NCBI GenBank assembly: GCA_037916975.1
Contig: JBAIWX010000141.1
Coordinates: forward strand, 1-57,141
DNA from: Gemmatimonadales bacterium
GTDB taxonomy: Bacteria > Gemmatimonadota > Gemmatimonadetes > Gemmatimonadales > GWC2-71-9
DNA: 57,141 nt
Reading direction: 5' to 3'
Position numbers and translations under genes: made by a program. The notes under the pieces were generated by a model. That model made no database searches. It saw only the letters and a program-made list of their open reading frames with translations, and was not told where the DNA came from. Shown in pieces: positions 38,275 to 50,864 of this stretch (its first letter is position 1; each line of letters opens with the position of its first letter).

Positions 38275-40155
38275 ATGACCACCAGCCACGACCCCCTCCT
38301 CGAGCGCCTCCAGCGCGCCCTCGCCGGCCGGTACTCGGTCGAACGGGAGCTGGGGCGCGGCGGGATGGGGGTCGTGTACCTCGCGCGGGAGGTGGCACTC
38401 GAGCGCCTCGTGGCGATCAAGGTCCTGCCGCCCGACCTCGCCGCGACCGCCGTGCTCCGCGAGCGCTTCCTCCGCGAGGCGCGCACCGCCGCCCGGCTCG
38501 TCCACCCGAACATCGTCCCCATCCATGCGGTCGAGGCGCAGGACGGCCTCGTCTGGTTCGTGATGAGCTGGATCCGCGGCGAGACGCTCGGCGCACGGGT
38601 GCGGCGCGCCGGCCCCCTCCCCGCCGCCGATGCCGCGCGGATCGTGCAGGAGGCGGCGTGGGCGCTCGCCTACGCGCACCGCGACGGCATCGTGCACCGC
38701 GACGTGAAGCCGGACAACATCCTCCTCGACGAGGCGAGCGGCCGCGCGCTCCTCGCCGACTTCGGGATCGCCCGCGTGCGGGACCGGGACGGTGACACCC
38801 CCGCCGGCGACGTGATGGGCACCGCCGCCTACATGAGCCCGGAGCAGGCGGCCGGTGAGCCGCTCGACGGCCGCAGCGACCTCTACGCGCTCGGCGTGAC
38901 GGCCTTCCTCGCCCTCACCGGCGAGCTCCCCTTCGAGGCCGCGAGCCCGGCCGCGCTCCTCGGGAAGCACCTCGTCGAGCCGGCGCCCCCCGTCGCCGCA
39001 CTCCGCCCCGACCTGCCCCCGGCGCTCGCCGCCGCGGTGGACCGCTGCCTCCGGAAGGACCCTGCCGAACGGTTCGCCTCGGCCGACGAGCTGGCTGAGG
39101 CGCTTGCACGAGCGCTGGAGGCGACACCGCCGGTGCCGGAGACGGTCCGGCGGGCGCAGGACGAGGCTCGGCAGCTCGTCGCCGACGTGGGCGGGGCCGG
39201 CGCCATGACGGTCATGGCGGGCATCCAGGCCGCGGCGATCGCGCTCTTCCACCGGTCGCTGCCCGGCATGGACCCCTTCGCCGGCTTCTTCGACCTCGCC
39301 GTGGTGCTCGGCGGCGCCGGGCTCCTGGGCGCGCGCGGCTCGGCGCTCCTCGTCCGCGTGCGCGAGGCGGTCGCACGCGGCGCCACCGCGGAGGACTTTC
39401 CGCGCGCCGAGCCGGCGACGCCGCCGCCGCCGCGCGGCCTCCCGGCCCTCGCGCTCCGGCTCGGGGTGCCGTTCCTGCTCGCGGCGTGGGGCTGGATGAA
39501 CGACTTCAACGGCCTGCTGCAGGGGTACGGGCAGGTGGTGGGAGGCGTCGCCGAGCTCGTCACGGCGCTCATGGTCGGCCGGGCGGCGGCGGAGGAACTC
39601 GTCGCGAGGCGCCGAGGCTTCTGGCGGCGCTTCTGGAGCGGCCGCGCCGGCAGGTTCCTCGTCGCGAAGGCGACGTTCGGCCTGCGGCGGCGCGAGCGGG
39701 CGGTGGACGCGGCGCGCACCGAGGTGGTGCTCGCGGACGCGGCGGAGGCGCTCCTCGACGCCCTGCCGGCGCCGGACCGCGAGGCGCTCGCCGCGCTCCG
39801 GCCCGCGATCCGCGGCCTCGAAGCGGAAGCGGTGCTCCTCCGCCAGCGGGCGCGCGAACTGGACGAGGTCCTGGCCGCCGCGGGTGCCGCCGAGCCGGCG
39901 CGGCTCGAGGCGGTGCGGGGGCGCCGCGCGGAGGTGGGCGAGCGGCTCGCGACGTCGGTGGCGGCGCTCGAGGGGATCCGGCTCGACCTCCTCACCCTCC
40001 GCGCAGGGATCCGCCCCACGGGCGGGCTCACCGCGCACCTCGAGGCAGCGCTCCGCCTGGGTGAGGACGTGGACGCCCGCCTCGCCGCCGCGCGCGACCT
40101 GCAGCGGCTGCTGGGCCCCGAGGGACGGACGCCCCCCGAGCCGACCCCGGCCTGA
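38275..40155 (+). CDS. Hanks-type Ser/Thr protein kinase with TM segments and C-terminal helical domain
   Basis: [45 protein letters not shown]. Confidence 0.95.
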   Translation: MTTSHDPLLERLQRALAGRYSVERELGRGGMGVVYLAREVALERLVAIKVLPPDLAATAVLRERFLREARTAARLVHPNIVPIHAVEAQDGLVWFVMSWIRGETLGARVRRAGPLPAADAARIVQEAAWALAYAHRDGIVHRDVKPDNILLDEASGRALLADFGIARVRDRDGDTPAGDVMGTAAYMSPEQAAGEPLDGRSDLYALGVTAFLALTGELPFEAASPAALLGKHLVEPAPPVAALRPDLPPALAAAVDRCLRKDPAERFASADELAEALARALEATPPVPETVRRAQDEARQLVADVGGAGAMTVMAGIQAAAIALFHRSLPGMDPFAGFFDLAVVLGGAGLLGARGSALLVRVREAVARGATAEDFPRAEPATPPPPRGLPALALRLGVPFLLAAWGWMNDFNGLLQGYGQVVGGVAELVTALMVGRAAAEELVARRRGFWRRFWSGRAGRFLVAKATFGLRRRERAVDAARTEVVLADAAEALLDALPAPDREALAALRPAIRGLEAEAVLLRQRARELDEVLAAAGAAEPARLEAVRGRRAEVGERLATSVAALEGIRLDLLTLRAGIRPTGGLTAHLEAALRLGEDVDARLAAARDLQRLLGPEGRTPPEPTPA

Positions 40156-40175
40156 GCGACGGGGCGTGAACGACG

Positions 40176-40207
40176 ACGGGCGGGACGCCGAGTGGCGTCC
40201 CGCCCGT
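40176..40207. terminator. Bidirectional stem-loop between kinase and mrp
   Basis: 14-bp stem ACGGGCGGGACGCC-GAGT-GGCGTCCCGCCCGT. Confidence 0.7.
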
Positions 40208-40228
40208 TCGCGTGCGGCGGAGGGACCG

Positions 40229-41338
40229 TCAGCCGTTCAGGATCGGCAGCGCGACGCTCCGCGACCCCATCGCCTCGTGCACCTTGCCGGCGATCGCCTC
40301 CAGGGCCTTCGCCGCGGCGCTGCCCGGCGCCTCCACCACGATCGGCCGCCCCTGGTCCGCCGCCGCGGCGAGGCCCGGCTCGAGCGGCACCGAGCCCAGG
40401 AGCTCGGTCCCCACCTCCTCGGCGAGGCGCTGCCCGCCGCCCGAGGAGAAGAGCTCGAAGCGCCGGCCCGTCGCGGGGTCCACGAAGGCGCTCATGTTCT
40501 CCACCACGCCGACCACCGGCACGTTCACCCGCTCGAACATCTTCGCCCCGCGCAGCGCGTCGCCGACGGCGACCTCCTGCGGCGTGGTGACGATGACCGC
40601 GGCCGCGACCTGGGTGCTCTGCACGAGCGAGAGCTGCGCGTCACCGGTGCCCGGGGGCAGGTCCACGATGAAGTAGTCGAGCTCGCCCCACGCGACGTCG
40701 TGGAGGAACTGCTGGGTGATCTTCATGATGATCGGCCCGCGCCAGATGGCCGGCGCGTCGCGGTCGATCAGGAAGCCCAGCGACATGAGCTTGACGCCGA
40801 ACGCCTCGAGCGGCTGGATCTTCCCGCCGAAGACGGGCGGCTTCTCGAAGACGCCGAACATCCGCGGGATGTTGGGCCCGTAGATGTCGGCGTCCATCAG
40901 CCCGACGCGGAGCCCCTTCCGCGCCAGCGCCACGGCGAGGTTGGCAGCGACGGTGCTCTTCCCCACCCCGCCCTTCCCCGACGAGATGGCGATGACGCGG
41001 CCCAGTTCCGGCTGCGCGACCGGCTGCGGCGCCGGCACCCCCGTCGCGGCCGACTGCGGGCCGGCGGGGGGCTGGTGCACCTGCTTCGGCGGGCCCGCGG
41101 GATCCACGACGTTGATCTTGATCTCGCCCACGCCGTCGATGGCGCGAAGCGCGGCCCGTGCCTCGCGCACGAGCGTGGCGGGATCCTCCCGCGAGAGGAG
41201 GAAGGTGAAGCTCACGCGGTTCCGCTCGCCGACCGCGAGGTCGCGCACCATCCCCGCCGACACGAGGTCGTTCTCGAGGCGGGGGTTCTGGATGCGCGCG
41301 AGCGCGGCGAGCACCTGGGACTCGATCGACTCCGACAC
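40229..41338 (-). CDS. mrp: Mrp/ApbC/NBP35-family ATPase (Fe-S carrier family) with DUF59-like N-terminus
   Basis: SGKGGVGKST, DADIYGPNIP, WRGP, DLPPGTGD, VTTPQ, VENMS; GTG start. Confidence 0.93.
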   Translation of the reverse strand: MSESIESQVLAALARIQNPRLENDLVSAGMVRDLAVGERNRVSFTFLLSREDPATLVREARAALRAIDGVGEIKINVVDPAGPPKQVHQPPAGPQSAATGVPAPQPVAQPELGRVIAISSGKGGVGKSTVAANLAVALARKGLRVGLMDADIYGPNIPRMFGVFEKPPVFGGKIQPLEAFGVKLMSLGFLIDRDAPAIWRGPIIMKITQQFLHDVAWGELDYFIVDLPPGTGDAQLSLVQSTQVAAAVIVTTPQEVAVGDALRGAKMFERVNVPVVGVVENMSAFVDPATGRRFELFSSGGGQRLAEEVGTELLGSVPLEPGLAAAADQGRPIVVEAPGSAAAKALEAIAGKVHEAMGSRSVALPILNG

Positions 41339-41355
41339 CGGACCTCTCCCTGCCG

Positions 41356-41586
41356 TCAGACGGCCTCGACGGCCTTCACCTCCGGCACCATCTGCCGGAG
41401 GCGCGCCTCGATGCCCTGCTTGAGCGTGATCGTCGAGGCGGCGCACCCGTGGCACGTCCCCCCGAGCCGGAGGAGCAGGAGCCCCTCCCCCTCGTCGAAA
41501 TCCACGACCTCGACCGACCCCCGGTGCGACGCGATGTACGGCCGGAGGGTGTCGAGCGTCTGTTCGATGCGCTGCAGCGTGTCCAT
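41356..41586 (-). CDS. Stand-alone NifU/NfuA C-terminal domain protein
   Basis: LRPYIASHRGSVEVV, LRLGGTCHGC, TLKQGIE..LRQMVPEV. Confidence 0.92.
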   Translation of the reverse strand: MDTLQRIEQTLDTLRPYIASHRGSVEVVDFDEGEGLLLLRLGGTCHGCAASTITLKQGIEARLRQMVPEVKAVEAV

Positions 41587-41636
41587 ACCTGACCTGAAGC
41601 TTCGGGATTCCCTGTCCGCGGAAATGTAGTCCCCGG

Positions 41637-42689
41637 TCATCCGGCGGCAACCGCGGTGGCCGCGGGCGCGGGCAGCCGCCCGTCGGCGAGCCAGACGCGG
41701 GCGGCGGCGAGGATGACCGCCTGGGCGTCGGCCAGGGAGCCCTCGAGGGAGAGGCCCGCGGCCTTGGTGTGGCCGCCGCCCCCGAACGGCTTCGCGAAGG
41801 CGGCGACGTCCACGTCGCCGACGGAGCGGAGGGAGACCTTCACGCGCCCGTGGGCGATCTCGCGGAAGAGGAGCGCCATGCGCACCCCCTCGACCGAACG
41901 GGGGAACTCGACCACGCCGTCGAGGTCGTCGGCGGCGACGCCGAAGCGCTCCATCGAACCGGGCGGCACCGTGATCCACGCGAGGCCGACCTCGGGCTCG
42001 ACGACGAGCGTCTGCAGCGCCTCGGCGAGGAGGCGGTGGCGTCCCTCGGGGGCGTTGGCGTACACCTGGAGGTAGATCCCCTCCGGGTCCACGCCGCACT
42101 CGAGCAGGTCCGCGGCGATGCGGAGCACGCGCGGCTTCGTGTTGCTGAAGCGGAACCCGCCGGTGTCGGTCAGGACCGCGACGTAGAGCGCGCGCGCCGC
42201 GGCCGGCGGGATCGGCCACCCGAGCGCCTCGGCCACCTCGACGACGAGCTCGCCGGTGGCGCTCGCGGTCGGGTCCACGTAGCGGGGGCCGGGCGGCAGC
42301 GTGCCGGGGCTCACGTGGTGGTCGATGCAGGCGACCGGGACGCCGCGCTCGCGCACCGCCTCCTGCAGCATGCCGAGCCGGCCCAGGTCGCTGATGTCGC
42401 AGACGAGGACGAGGTCCGCCTTGCGGATCTCCTTCACCGCCTCGGGCGTCCGGTCCACGCCCTCGAGGCCGTCGAGGAGGAAGCGGTAGCGCGCGGGCGT
42501 GGGGGTCGGGTTGCAGATGACCGGGTCCACGCCGAGGCCGCGGAGGAGGTGGACGAGGCCGACCTCGCTCCCCATGCCGTCGCCGTCGGGGTTCACGTGG
42601 GTCGTCAGCACGACGCGCTGGCCGGGGCGGAACGCGGACGCGAGCGCCACCGCGGCGGCGCGCTTGTCGGGGGAGAGCTCGATGGTCAT
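41637..42689 (-). CDS. nrnA: DHH/DHHA1 oligoribonuclease/PAP phosphatase
   Basis: HVNPDGD, IDHH, TDTGGFRFSNT, KVSLRS, FGGGGH..AAG. Confidence 0.9.
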   Translation of the reverse strand: MTIELSPDKRAAAVALASAFRPGQRVVLTTHVNPDGDGMGSEVGLVHLLRGLGVDPVICNPTPTPARYRFLLDGLEGVDRTPEAVKEIRKADLVLVCDISDLGRLGMLQEAVRERGVPVACIDHHVSPGTLPPGPRYVDPTASATGELVVEVAEALGWPIPPAAARALYVAVLTDTGGFRFSNTKPRVLRIAADLLECGVDPEGIYLQVYANAPEGRHRLLAEALQTLVVEPEVGLAWITVPPGSMERFGVAADDLDGVVEFPRSVEGVRMALLFREIAHGRVKVSLRSVGDVDVAAFAKPFGGGGHTKAAGLSLEGSLADAQAVILAAARVWLADGRLPAPAATAVAAG

Positions 42690-42701
42690 GCGGGGAAGAT
42701 A
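42690..42701 (-). promoter_or_regulatory. -10 box, leaderless nrnA transcript
   Basis: Minus strand TATCTT-N6-ATG. Confidence 0.6.
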
Positions 42702-42808
42702 AGCGACGGGCGCCTTGCCACGCCGGGACCGACGGTGAATGTTGCGGCATCCCCCCTCGCCGGACCATTCCCCGACCGGACTGCCCTGCCCGGGCACGAG
42801 GCCGTGCG

Positions 42809-44293
42809 ATGCCGCTGCTGCCGATCGACGCCCTCGTCGCCTCGTTCTTCATCCAGTGCGCGCTGGCGGCCGTGGTCCTGGTCGGCCTCTGGGGACTGGT
42901 GGCGGCGTTCGGCCGTCCGGTGCACCGCGCCTTCGCCGTGGGGTGGGCCATCTACATGGTGCACCTCGTGGCGTCACTCCTCCACGCGCTGGCGGACCGG
43001 GCGCACGGGGGCGCCTCCTCGCAGTGGTTCCTCGCCACGCTGCAGTTCGTCGGGGTGCTGGGCTCCTTCGCCTGGTGGTACGCCGGGATCCGGGTCGTGG
43101 CCGGCGAGCGTCGCGGGGCGCACCCCGAGCGGGGCGTGGCGATCGGGACGGCGGCCGTCGGGGCCGGCATCCTCCTCGCGAGCGCGCTCGGGGGCCGCGT
43201 GCTGCACCAGCCGGGCACCGGCCCGCTCGGCATCTACTACCCGGTGCCGTACCTCGTCCTCGCCTGGGTGGCCTGGCGGCCGCGGGCGCTGCCCGCCGCG
43301 GAGCGACGCGACCTCTTCTGGCTGGGCGTCGCGTTCGCCATCGTCGCGGTGCGGCTGGTGCTCAACCGCGAGGTGCTCCTGCCCGAGGCGCAGTACGCGA
43401 CGGCCACGGCGCCGCGCTTCCTGCTGGTGGCCACCGTGCAGCTCGTCCAGACGGTGGCGACGGGGATGACGTGCGTCGCGGTCGGGCTCTCGCAGGAGGG
43501 GCGCGCGGCCCTCCGCCAGGCCGAGCGGCTGCACGAGACGGAGCTCGCGCTCCAGCGGAGCCAGCGCCTCGAGGGCCTCGGCCGGATGACCGCGGGCATC
43601 GCGCACGACTTCAACAACGTGCTGGCCGCCATCGGGGGCGGCGTCGAGCTCGCGCGGGCCTCGCTGGCCGACCCGGCCGCGGTCCGCACGGAGCTGGACG
43701 CCGTCGCGCAGGCGGTGGCCCGCGCCCAGGAGCTGGTGCGCCGGCTGGTGGCGTTCGCCCGCGCGCGGCCGGGCCGGGCGGCGGCGATCGCGCCCGACCG
43801 GGCGCTCGAGGCGCACCTCACGGTGCTGCGGCACCTCCTGCCACCCGGCATCACGCTCGACGCGGCGCCGCGGGCGGGCGACGCCGCCGTGGCGATCGAC
43901 GCGACGCAGTTCGAGCAGCTGCTGCTCAACCTCGTGGTGAACAGCCGGGACGCGATGCCGCGCGGGGGGCGCATCGCCGTCGCGACGGCGGTGGAGGAGG
44001 TGGCGATGCCGCTCCCCGCGTGCGAGGGGACGGTGCGGCCCGGCCGGTACTTCCGCCTGAGCGTGGAGGACAGCGGGGAGGGGATCCCGGCGGAGGTGCT
44101 GCCGCGGATCTTCGAGCCGTTCTTCACCACGAAGCCCGAGGGGCTGGGCTCCGGGATCGGGCTCGCGACGGTCTACCAGGTGGTGCAGGCCGCGCACGGC
44201 GAGATCGCCGTGCGCAGCGCACCGGGCGCGGGGACCCGCTTCGACGTCTACCTGCCGCTCGCCGACGCGGGGCCCCTGCGCCTCGCGTCCTAG
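42809..44293 (+). CDS. Membrane sensor histidine kinase (about 7 TM + HisKA + HATPase)
   Basis: [41 protein letters not shown]. Confidence 0.93.
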   Translation: MPLLPIDALVASFFIQCALAAVVLVGLWGLVAAFGRPVHRAFAVGWAIYMVHLVASLLHALADRAHGGASSQWFLATLQFVGVLGSFAWWYAGIRVVAGERRGAHPERGVAIGTAAVGAGILLASALGGRVLHQPGTGPLGIYYPVPYLVLAWVAWRPRALPAAERRDLFWLGVAFAIVAVRLVLNREVLLPEAQYATATAPRFLLVATVQLVQTVATGMTCVAVGLSQEGRAALRQAERLHETELALQRSQRLEGLGRMTAGIAHDFNNVLAAIGGGVELARASLADPAAVRTELDAVAQAVARAQELVRRLVAFARARPGRAAAIAPDRALEAHLTVLRHLLPPGITLDAAPRAGDAAVAIDATQFEQLLLNLVVNSRDAMPRGGRIAVATAVEEVAMPLPACEGTVRPGRYFRLSVEDSGEGIPAEVLPRIFEPFFTTKPEGLGSGIGLATVYQVVQAAHGEIAVRSAPGAGTRFDVYLPLADAGPLRLAS

Positions 44294-45837
44294 GCCGAGC
44301 GGTCCCGCAGGGCGGAGTGGCTGCGCCCGTAGAGGAAGTAGATGGCGAGGCCCAGGCCCATCCAGACCACGAGCCGGAGCCAGGTGTCCTTCGGCAGCCC
44401 GTACATCATGTAGCCGCAGATGGCGATGCCCAGGAGCGGCACGGCCGGCACGAGCGGCGTGCGGAAGGGCCGCGGCAGGTCGGGCTGCGCGCGGCGCAGC
44501 ACGATGATGCCGGCGCAGACGATCACGAACGCGAGGAGCGTCCCGATCGAGACGAGCTCGCCGAGGAGGCCGATCGGGAAGAGCCCGGCGATGAGCGCCG
44601 CCACGACGCCGGTCACGATCGTCGAGACGTAGGGCGTGCGGAAGGTCGGGTGCACCTTCCCGAAGACCGGCGGCAGGAGGCCGTCGCGCGACATCGAGTA
44701 GAAGATGCGCGGCTGGCCCATGAGCATCACGAGCACCACCGACGCCAGGCCCGCGATCGCGCCCACGTTGATGAAGAAGCCGAGCCACTTGAGGGCCGGG
44801 CCCGCCTTGTCGATCGCGACGAAGACCGGGTGCGGGACGTTGAGCTCGGAGTAGTGCGCGATGCCCGTCATCACGAGCGCCATCAGGATGTACAGCACCG
44901 TGCAGACGGCCAGCGAGCCGAGGATCCCGACCGGCAGGTCCTTCTGCGGGTTCCGCGCCTCCTGCGCCGCGGTGCTCACCGCGTCGAAGCCGATGTAGGC
45001 GAAGAAGATCACCCCCGCCCCGCGCAGGATCCCGCTCCAGCCGAAGTGCCCGAACTCGCCGGTGTTGGGCGGGATGAAGGGCGTCCAGTTGGCCGTGTTC
45101 ACGTACTTGAAGCCGAAGCCGATCACCATCAGCACGATGGCGACCTTCACCACCACGATGATGTTGTTGAACCGGGCCGACTCGCGGATGCCGACGACGA
45201 GGAGCGCGGTCAGGAGGAGCACCAGCACCATCGCCGGGACGTTGAGGATGCCCTGGGTGATGCTGAAGCCCTTCGCGACGCAGTCCGCGATCGCGACCGG
45301 CGTGCGGCTCACCGCGTCCACCGCGATGCCCCCCGAGGCGGGGTCCACGCAGATCTGCGACTTGACCAGCGTGTGGGTCCCCTGCACCGAGAAGGGCGCG
45401 CCGGTGAGCGCGGGGGGGAGCCGGATGCCGAGCTCGCTCATGAACGCCGCGAAGTAGCCCGACCAGCCCACCGCGACGGTGCTCGCCGCGAAGAGGTACT
45501 CGAGGATCAGGTCCCACCCGATGATCCAGGCGAAGAACTCGCCCAGCGTGGCGTACCCGTAGGTGTACGCGCTCCCCGCCACGGGGATCATCGAGGCGAA
45601 CTCCGCGTAGCAGAGCCCGGCGAAGAGGCAGCCGAGGCCCGCCAGCACGAACGAGAGCACGATGCCCGGCCCCGCGTACTGCGCGGCGGCCGTGCCGGTG
45701 AGGACGAAGATGCCGGCGCCGATGATGGCGCCGATGCCGAGGAACACGAGGTTGGACGCCGTCAGCGCCCGCTTGAGCCCGTGTTCGCCCTCCTCGGGCA
45801 TCAGCTCGGCGAGGGACTTCGTGCGGAAGAGGCTCAT
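44290..45837 (-). CDS. APC-family (cationic-type) amino acid permease
   Basis: [39 protein letters not shown]; ATG overlaps upstream paralog stop. Confidence 0.95.
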   Translation of the reverse strand: MSLFRTKSLAELMPEEGEHGLKRALTASNLVFLGIGAIIGAGIFVLTGTAAAQYAGPGIVLSFVLAGLGCLFAGLCYAEFASMIPVAGSAYTYGYATLGEFFAWIIGWDLILEYLFAASTVAVGWSGYFAAFMSELGIRLPPALTGAPFSVQGTHTLVKSQICVDPASGGIAVDAVSRTPVAIADCVAKGFSITQGILNVPAMVLVLLLTALLVVGIRESARFNNIIVVVKVAIVLMVIGFGFKYVNTANWTPFIPPNTGEFGHFGWSGILRGAGVIFFAYIGFDAVSTAAQEARNPQKDLPVGILGSLAVCTVLYILMALVMTGIAHYSELNVPHPVFVAIDKAGPALKWLGFFINVGAIAGLASVVLVMLMGQPRIFYSMSRDGLLPPVFGKVHPTFRTPYVSTIVTGVVAALIAGLFPIGLLGELVSIGTLLAFVIVCAGIIVLRRAQPDLPRPFRTPLVPAVPLLGIAICGYMMYGLPKDTWLRLVVWMGLGLAIYFLYGRSHSALRDRSA

Positions 45838-47342
45838 GTGCGACCGGGGTTGGGGGAGGAGAGCTCGCGCTGCAGGACGCTGTGCCGGCGGCCGTAGCCG
45901 AAGTAGACCGCGAAGCCGGCCAGCAGCCAGACGACCAGCCGGATCCAGGTGTCCGCCGGCAGGGTGAACATCAGGCCCGTGCAGCAGAGGATCCCGAGGA
46001 TCGGGACGAGCGGCATGAGCGGCACCCTGAACGGCCGCTCGAGGTCGGGACGCGTGCGCCGCAGGATCCACACCCCCGCGCAGACGAGCGCGAAGGCGAG
46101 GAGCGTCCCGATGTTGACGAGCTGGCCGAGGATCTGGAGCGGGAGGAAGCCCGCGGCCAGCGCGACGGCGGCACCCGTGACGATGGTCGAGATCCACGGG
46201 GTGCGGAAGCGCGGGTGCACCGCGCTCGCCCAGCCGCCGAGGAGGCCGTCCCGCGCCATGGCGTAGAAGACGCGGGACTGGCCGAGCATGTCGACCAGCA
46301 CGACCGAGCCCAGGCCCAGCACCGCGCCCACGTCGATCGCGAGCCGGAGCCAGGACGGCGCCCCCGTCCGCTCGAGCGCGAGCGCCACCGGGGCCGGCAC
46401 GTTGAGCTCGGTGTAGGAGACCATCCCGGTCAGCACCGCCGAGACGACGACGTAGAGCAGCGTGCAGACCGCGAGCGAGCCCAGGATGCCGATCGGCATG
46501 TCGCGCTGCGGATCCTTCGCCTCCTGGGCTGCCGTGCTCACCGCGTCGAAGCCGATGTAGGCGAAGAACACGAGCCCCGCCCCGCGCAGCACCCCCGACC
46601 ACCCGAACTCGCCCCAGGTGCCCGTGTTGGGCGGGATGAACGGGGTCCAGTTCCTCGCCGTCACGTGCTGGAGGCCCCAGGCCACCACCCCGAGGATGAT
46701 CGCGACCTTGAGGATGACGATCAGGTTGTTGAGCCGCGCCGACTCCCGGATGCCGATGACGAGCACCGTGGTCATCAGCACCGTCACGAGGATCGCCGGG
46801 AAGTTGACGAGGGCGCCGGTGGCGTTCCAGCCGGCGTGCGCGCACCCCGCCACGGCGGCGGCCACGTTCGCCTCGGTGCACCACTGGAACGGCGCCTGCG
46901 CGATGGCCGGGGGGATGGTGATCCCGAGGAGCCCGAGGAGGCTCGCCGCGTGCCCCGACCAGCCGACCGCCACCGTCGCGGCGCCCATCGCGTACTCGAG
47001 CACGAGGTCCCACCCGATGATCCACGCCACCAGCTCGCCCATGGTGGCGTACGAGTAGGTGTACGCGCTCCCCGCCACCGGCACGGTGCTCGCCATCTCG
47101 GCGTAGCAGAGCCCGGCAAAGGCGCAGGCGACACCCACCAGGGTCATCGAGATCGGCACCGCGGGGCCCGCGTGGAGTGCGGCGGCGACGCCGGTCAGGA
47201 CGAAGATGCCGGCGCCGATCACGGCGCCGATCCCCAGGAAGACGAGGTTCCCGGCGGTGAGCGTCCGGCGGAGGCCGTGCTCGCCGCCGCCCTCCGCCTC
47301 CGCGCGCAGCGCGGCGATGGACTTGGTCGCCCAGATGCTCAT
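45834..47342 (-). CDS. APC-family (cationic-type) amino acid permease, tandem paralog
   Basis: [39 protein letters not shown]. Confidence 0.95.
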   Translation of the reverse strand: MSIWATKSIAALRAEAEGGGEHGLRRTLTAGNLVFLGIGAVIGAGIFVLTGVAAALHAGPAVPISMTLVGVACAFAGLCYAEMASTVPVAGSAYTYSYATMGELVAWIIGWDLVLEYAMGAATVAVGWSGHAASLLGLLGITIPPAIAQAPFQWCTEANVAAAVAGCAHAGWNATGALVNFPAILVTVLMTTVLVIGIRESARLNNLIVILKVAIILGVVAWGLQHVTARNWTPFIPPNTGTWGEFGWSGVLRGAGLVFFAYIGFDAVSTAAQEAKDPQRDMPIGILGSLAVCTLLYVVVSAVLTGMVSYTELNVPAPVALALERTGAPSWLRLAIDVGAVLGLGSVVLVDMLGQSRVFYAMARDGLLGGWASAVHPRFRTPWISTIVTGAAVALAAGFLPLQILGQLVNIGTLLAFALVCAGVWILRRTRPDLERPFRVPLMPLVPILGILCCTGLMFTLPADTWIRLVVWLLAGFAVYFGYGRRHSVLQRELSSPNPGRT

Positions 47343-47424
47343 GCCGGCCCCTGGCAGGCGCGGGCGCGGGCCGCCGCGGTCCGGGTGCCCCCGGGCCGCG
47401 CGCCGCGCCCACCCCGCCCCGCCG

Positions 47425-49026
<1,602 letters not shown>

Positions 49027-50859
49027 TCAGCTCGAGATGACGACGAAGTCCGACCCGTCGTCCCGTGCCGGCGGGATGCCCGGCGGGGGCGGGACCGTCC
49101 CGAATACCGCCTGCGAGCGGACGGCGGACTCCACGTTCTGCAGCATCCCCTCGACCTCGGCCCGGGCATCTCGGAGTGCCTTCCGGTAGATCGCCCGGTA
49201 GGAGACGAAGGCCCCGCCTCCCAGGACGATCGGCACCAGCAGGGGCGCGAACGGCGCCCAGGCGAGGGCCGATTTCACGGCGATGGCCCACCCGACGCCG
49301 AGGCCGCCGAGGGTGGCCAGGCCGTTCCACCACTTGGAGGCCTTCCAGTTGGCCCGCACCCCCGGGCGCAGGTCGCCGAAGAACCGGACCTCGGTCCCGC
49401 CATCCCCCGGGAGCGCATGCAGGGTGATCGTGGCGCGGCGCAGCTCGATCGCCTCCATCTGGATCCGGAAGCTCGCGAGCGCCGCGGCGTTCACGTACTG
49501 CCCGCTCCGGAGCCCCGGCACCTCGAACACGAGGAGGCCCCCGTCGAGCGGGTGGCCGCCCTGCACGTCGAGGAGCCGCAGCTCGTACGGGGCGCCGGTC
49601 ACCACCTTGCCCAGGACCTCGAGCACGCGCGCCGGCTGGGCCCGGATCACACGGCTCACGCTGAGGCTCCGCTCGGCGCTGCCCAGGCTGAACGTCGCCG
49701 CGCGCTCCTCGAGCGCGGTGAACGGCTGGACCGCGCCGCCGGCCGGCGCCGGCGCCGCCGGCAGCTCACTCAGGGCGAGGGCCACGTACTCCGGCGCGAT
49801 CCCGACCTCGCGCGCCGCCGCCTCCACGTCGCGCAGCCGGTACCCGCTCGTCGGCGCCGCCGCGACGGGCGCGGCCGGCAGCGTCTCGCCCTGCGCCGCG
49901 CGGAGGCGGATGCGGGTCGCGGCGTCGAGCTGGAGCTGGGCGGCGCGGAGCCAGAGCGCCTCCGCCTGTTCGGGAGTGAGCACGGTCTCGGGGGCGAGCC
50001 CGCCGGGCGGCGTCGCCTCCCCGCCGAGGGCGGCGCCCAGCGCGTCGGCGAGCGCCTCGCCGGTGGCATAGCGGTCGGCGGGCGCCTTGGCGAGGCAGCG
50101 GTCGATCACGCGCGCGAGCGGTTCGGGCACGTCCGGGGCGCGCTCGCGCACGCGCGGCGCGGGCTTCGTGGCGTGGGCCACGAGCACCGCGCCGGGCGCC
50201 TCGGCGGTGAACGGCAGCGTGCCCGTCAGCGCCAGGAAGCCGATCACGCCCAGGGCGTAGAGGTCGCTCCGGCCGTCGAGCGGCTCGCCGGTCGCCTGCT
50301 CGGGGCTCATGTAGTGCACCGAGCCCAGGACGTTCCCCTCCTGCGTGAGCGGCGAGGCCCGGCCGTCGCGCGCGATGCCGAAGTCGGTCACGAGCACGCG
50401 CCCCGTCGCCTGCTCGACGAGGACGTTCTCGGGCTTCACGTCGCGGTGCACCACGCCGCGGGCATGGGCGTAGGCGAGCGCCCACGCGACCTCGCGCAGC
50501 ACGCGCACCGTCTCCGCCGGGGAGAGTCGCCCGCGCGCACGGATCCGCTCGGCGAGCGTCTCCCCCTCGACGAACCCCATCGCGAAGAACGCGAAGCCGC
50601 CGAGGTCGTCGGCGCGGTAGATCGGGACGATGTTGGGGTGGGCGAGCTGCGCCGCGGTGCGCGCCTCGCGGACGAAGCGCTCGCGGAGCTCGGGGGTGCG
50701 GGCGAGGTCGGGCGGGAGCACCTTGAGCGCCACCTGGCGCTCGAGCCGGAGCTCGCGCGCGAGGTAGACGACCCCCATCCCGCCGCGGCCGAGCTCGCGC
50801 ACCAGCTCGTACTGGCCGGCCAGCGCCTCCGCGAGGCCGGGGACCGGGGCCGCCGCCAT
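49027..50859 (-). CDS. Hanks-type Ser/Thr protein kinase with C-terminal membrane domain
   Basis: [39 protein letters not shown]; two TM helices near C-terminus. Confidence 0.95.
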   Translation of the reverse strand: MAAAPVPGLAEALAGQYELVRELGRGGMGVVYLARELRLERQVALKVLPPDLARTPELRERFVREARTAAQLAHPNIVPIYRADDLGGFAFFAMGFVEGETLAERIRARGRLSPAETVRVLREVAWALAYAHARGVVHRDVKPENVLVEQATGRVLVTDFGIARDGRASPLTQEGNVLGSVHYMSPEQATGEPLDGRSDLYALGVIGFLALTGTLPFTAEAPGAVLVAHATKPAPRVRERAPDVPEPLARVIDRCLAKAPADRYATGEALADALGAALGGEATPPGGLAPETVLTPEQAEALWLRAAQLQLDAATRIRLRAAQGETLPAAPVAAAPTSGYRLRDVEAAAREVGIAPEYVALALSELPAAPAPAGGAVQPFTALEERAATFSLGSAERSLSVSRVIRAQPARVLEVLGKVVTGAPYELRLLDVQGGHPLDGGLLVFEVPGLRSGQYVNAAALASFRIQMEAIELRRATITLHALPGDGGTEVRFFGDLRPGVRANWKASKWWNGLATLGGLGVGWAIAVKSALAWAPFAPLLVPIVLGGGAFVSYRAIYRKALRDARAEVEGMLQNVESAVRSQAVFGTVPPPPGIPPARDDGSDFVVISS

Positions 50860-50864
50860 CCTGC

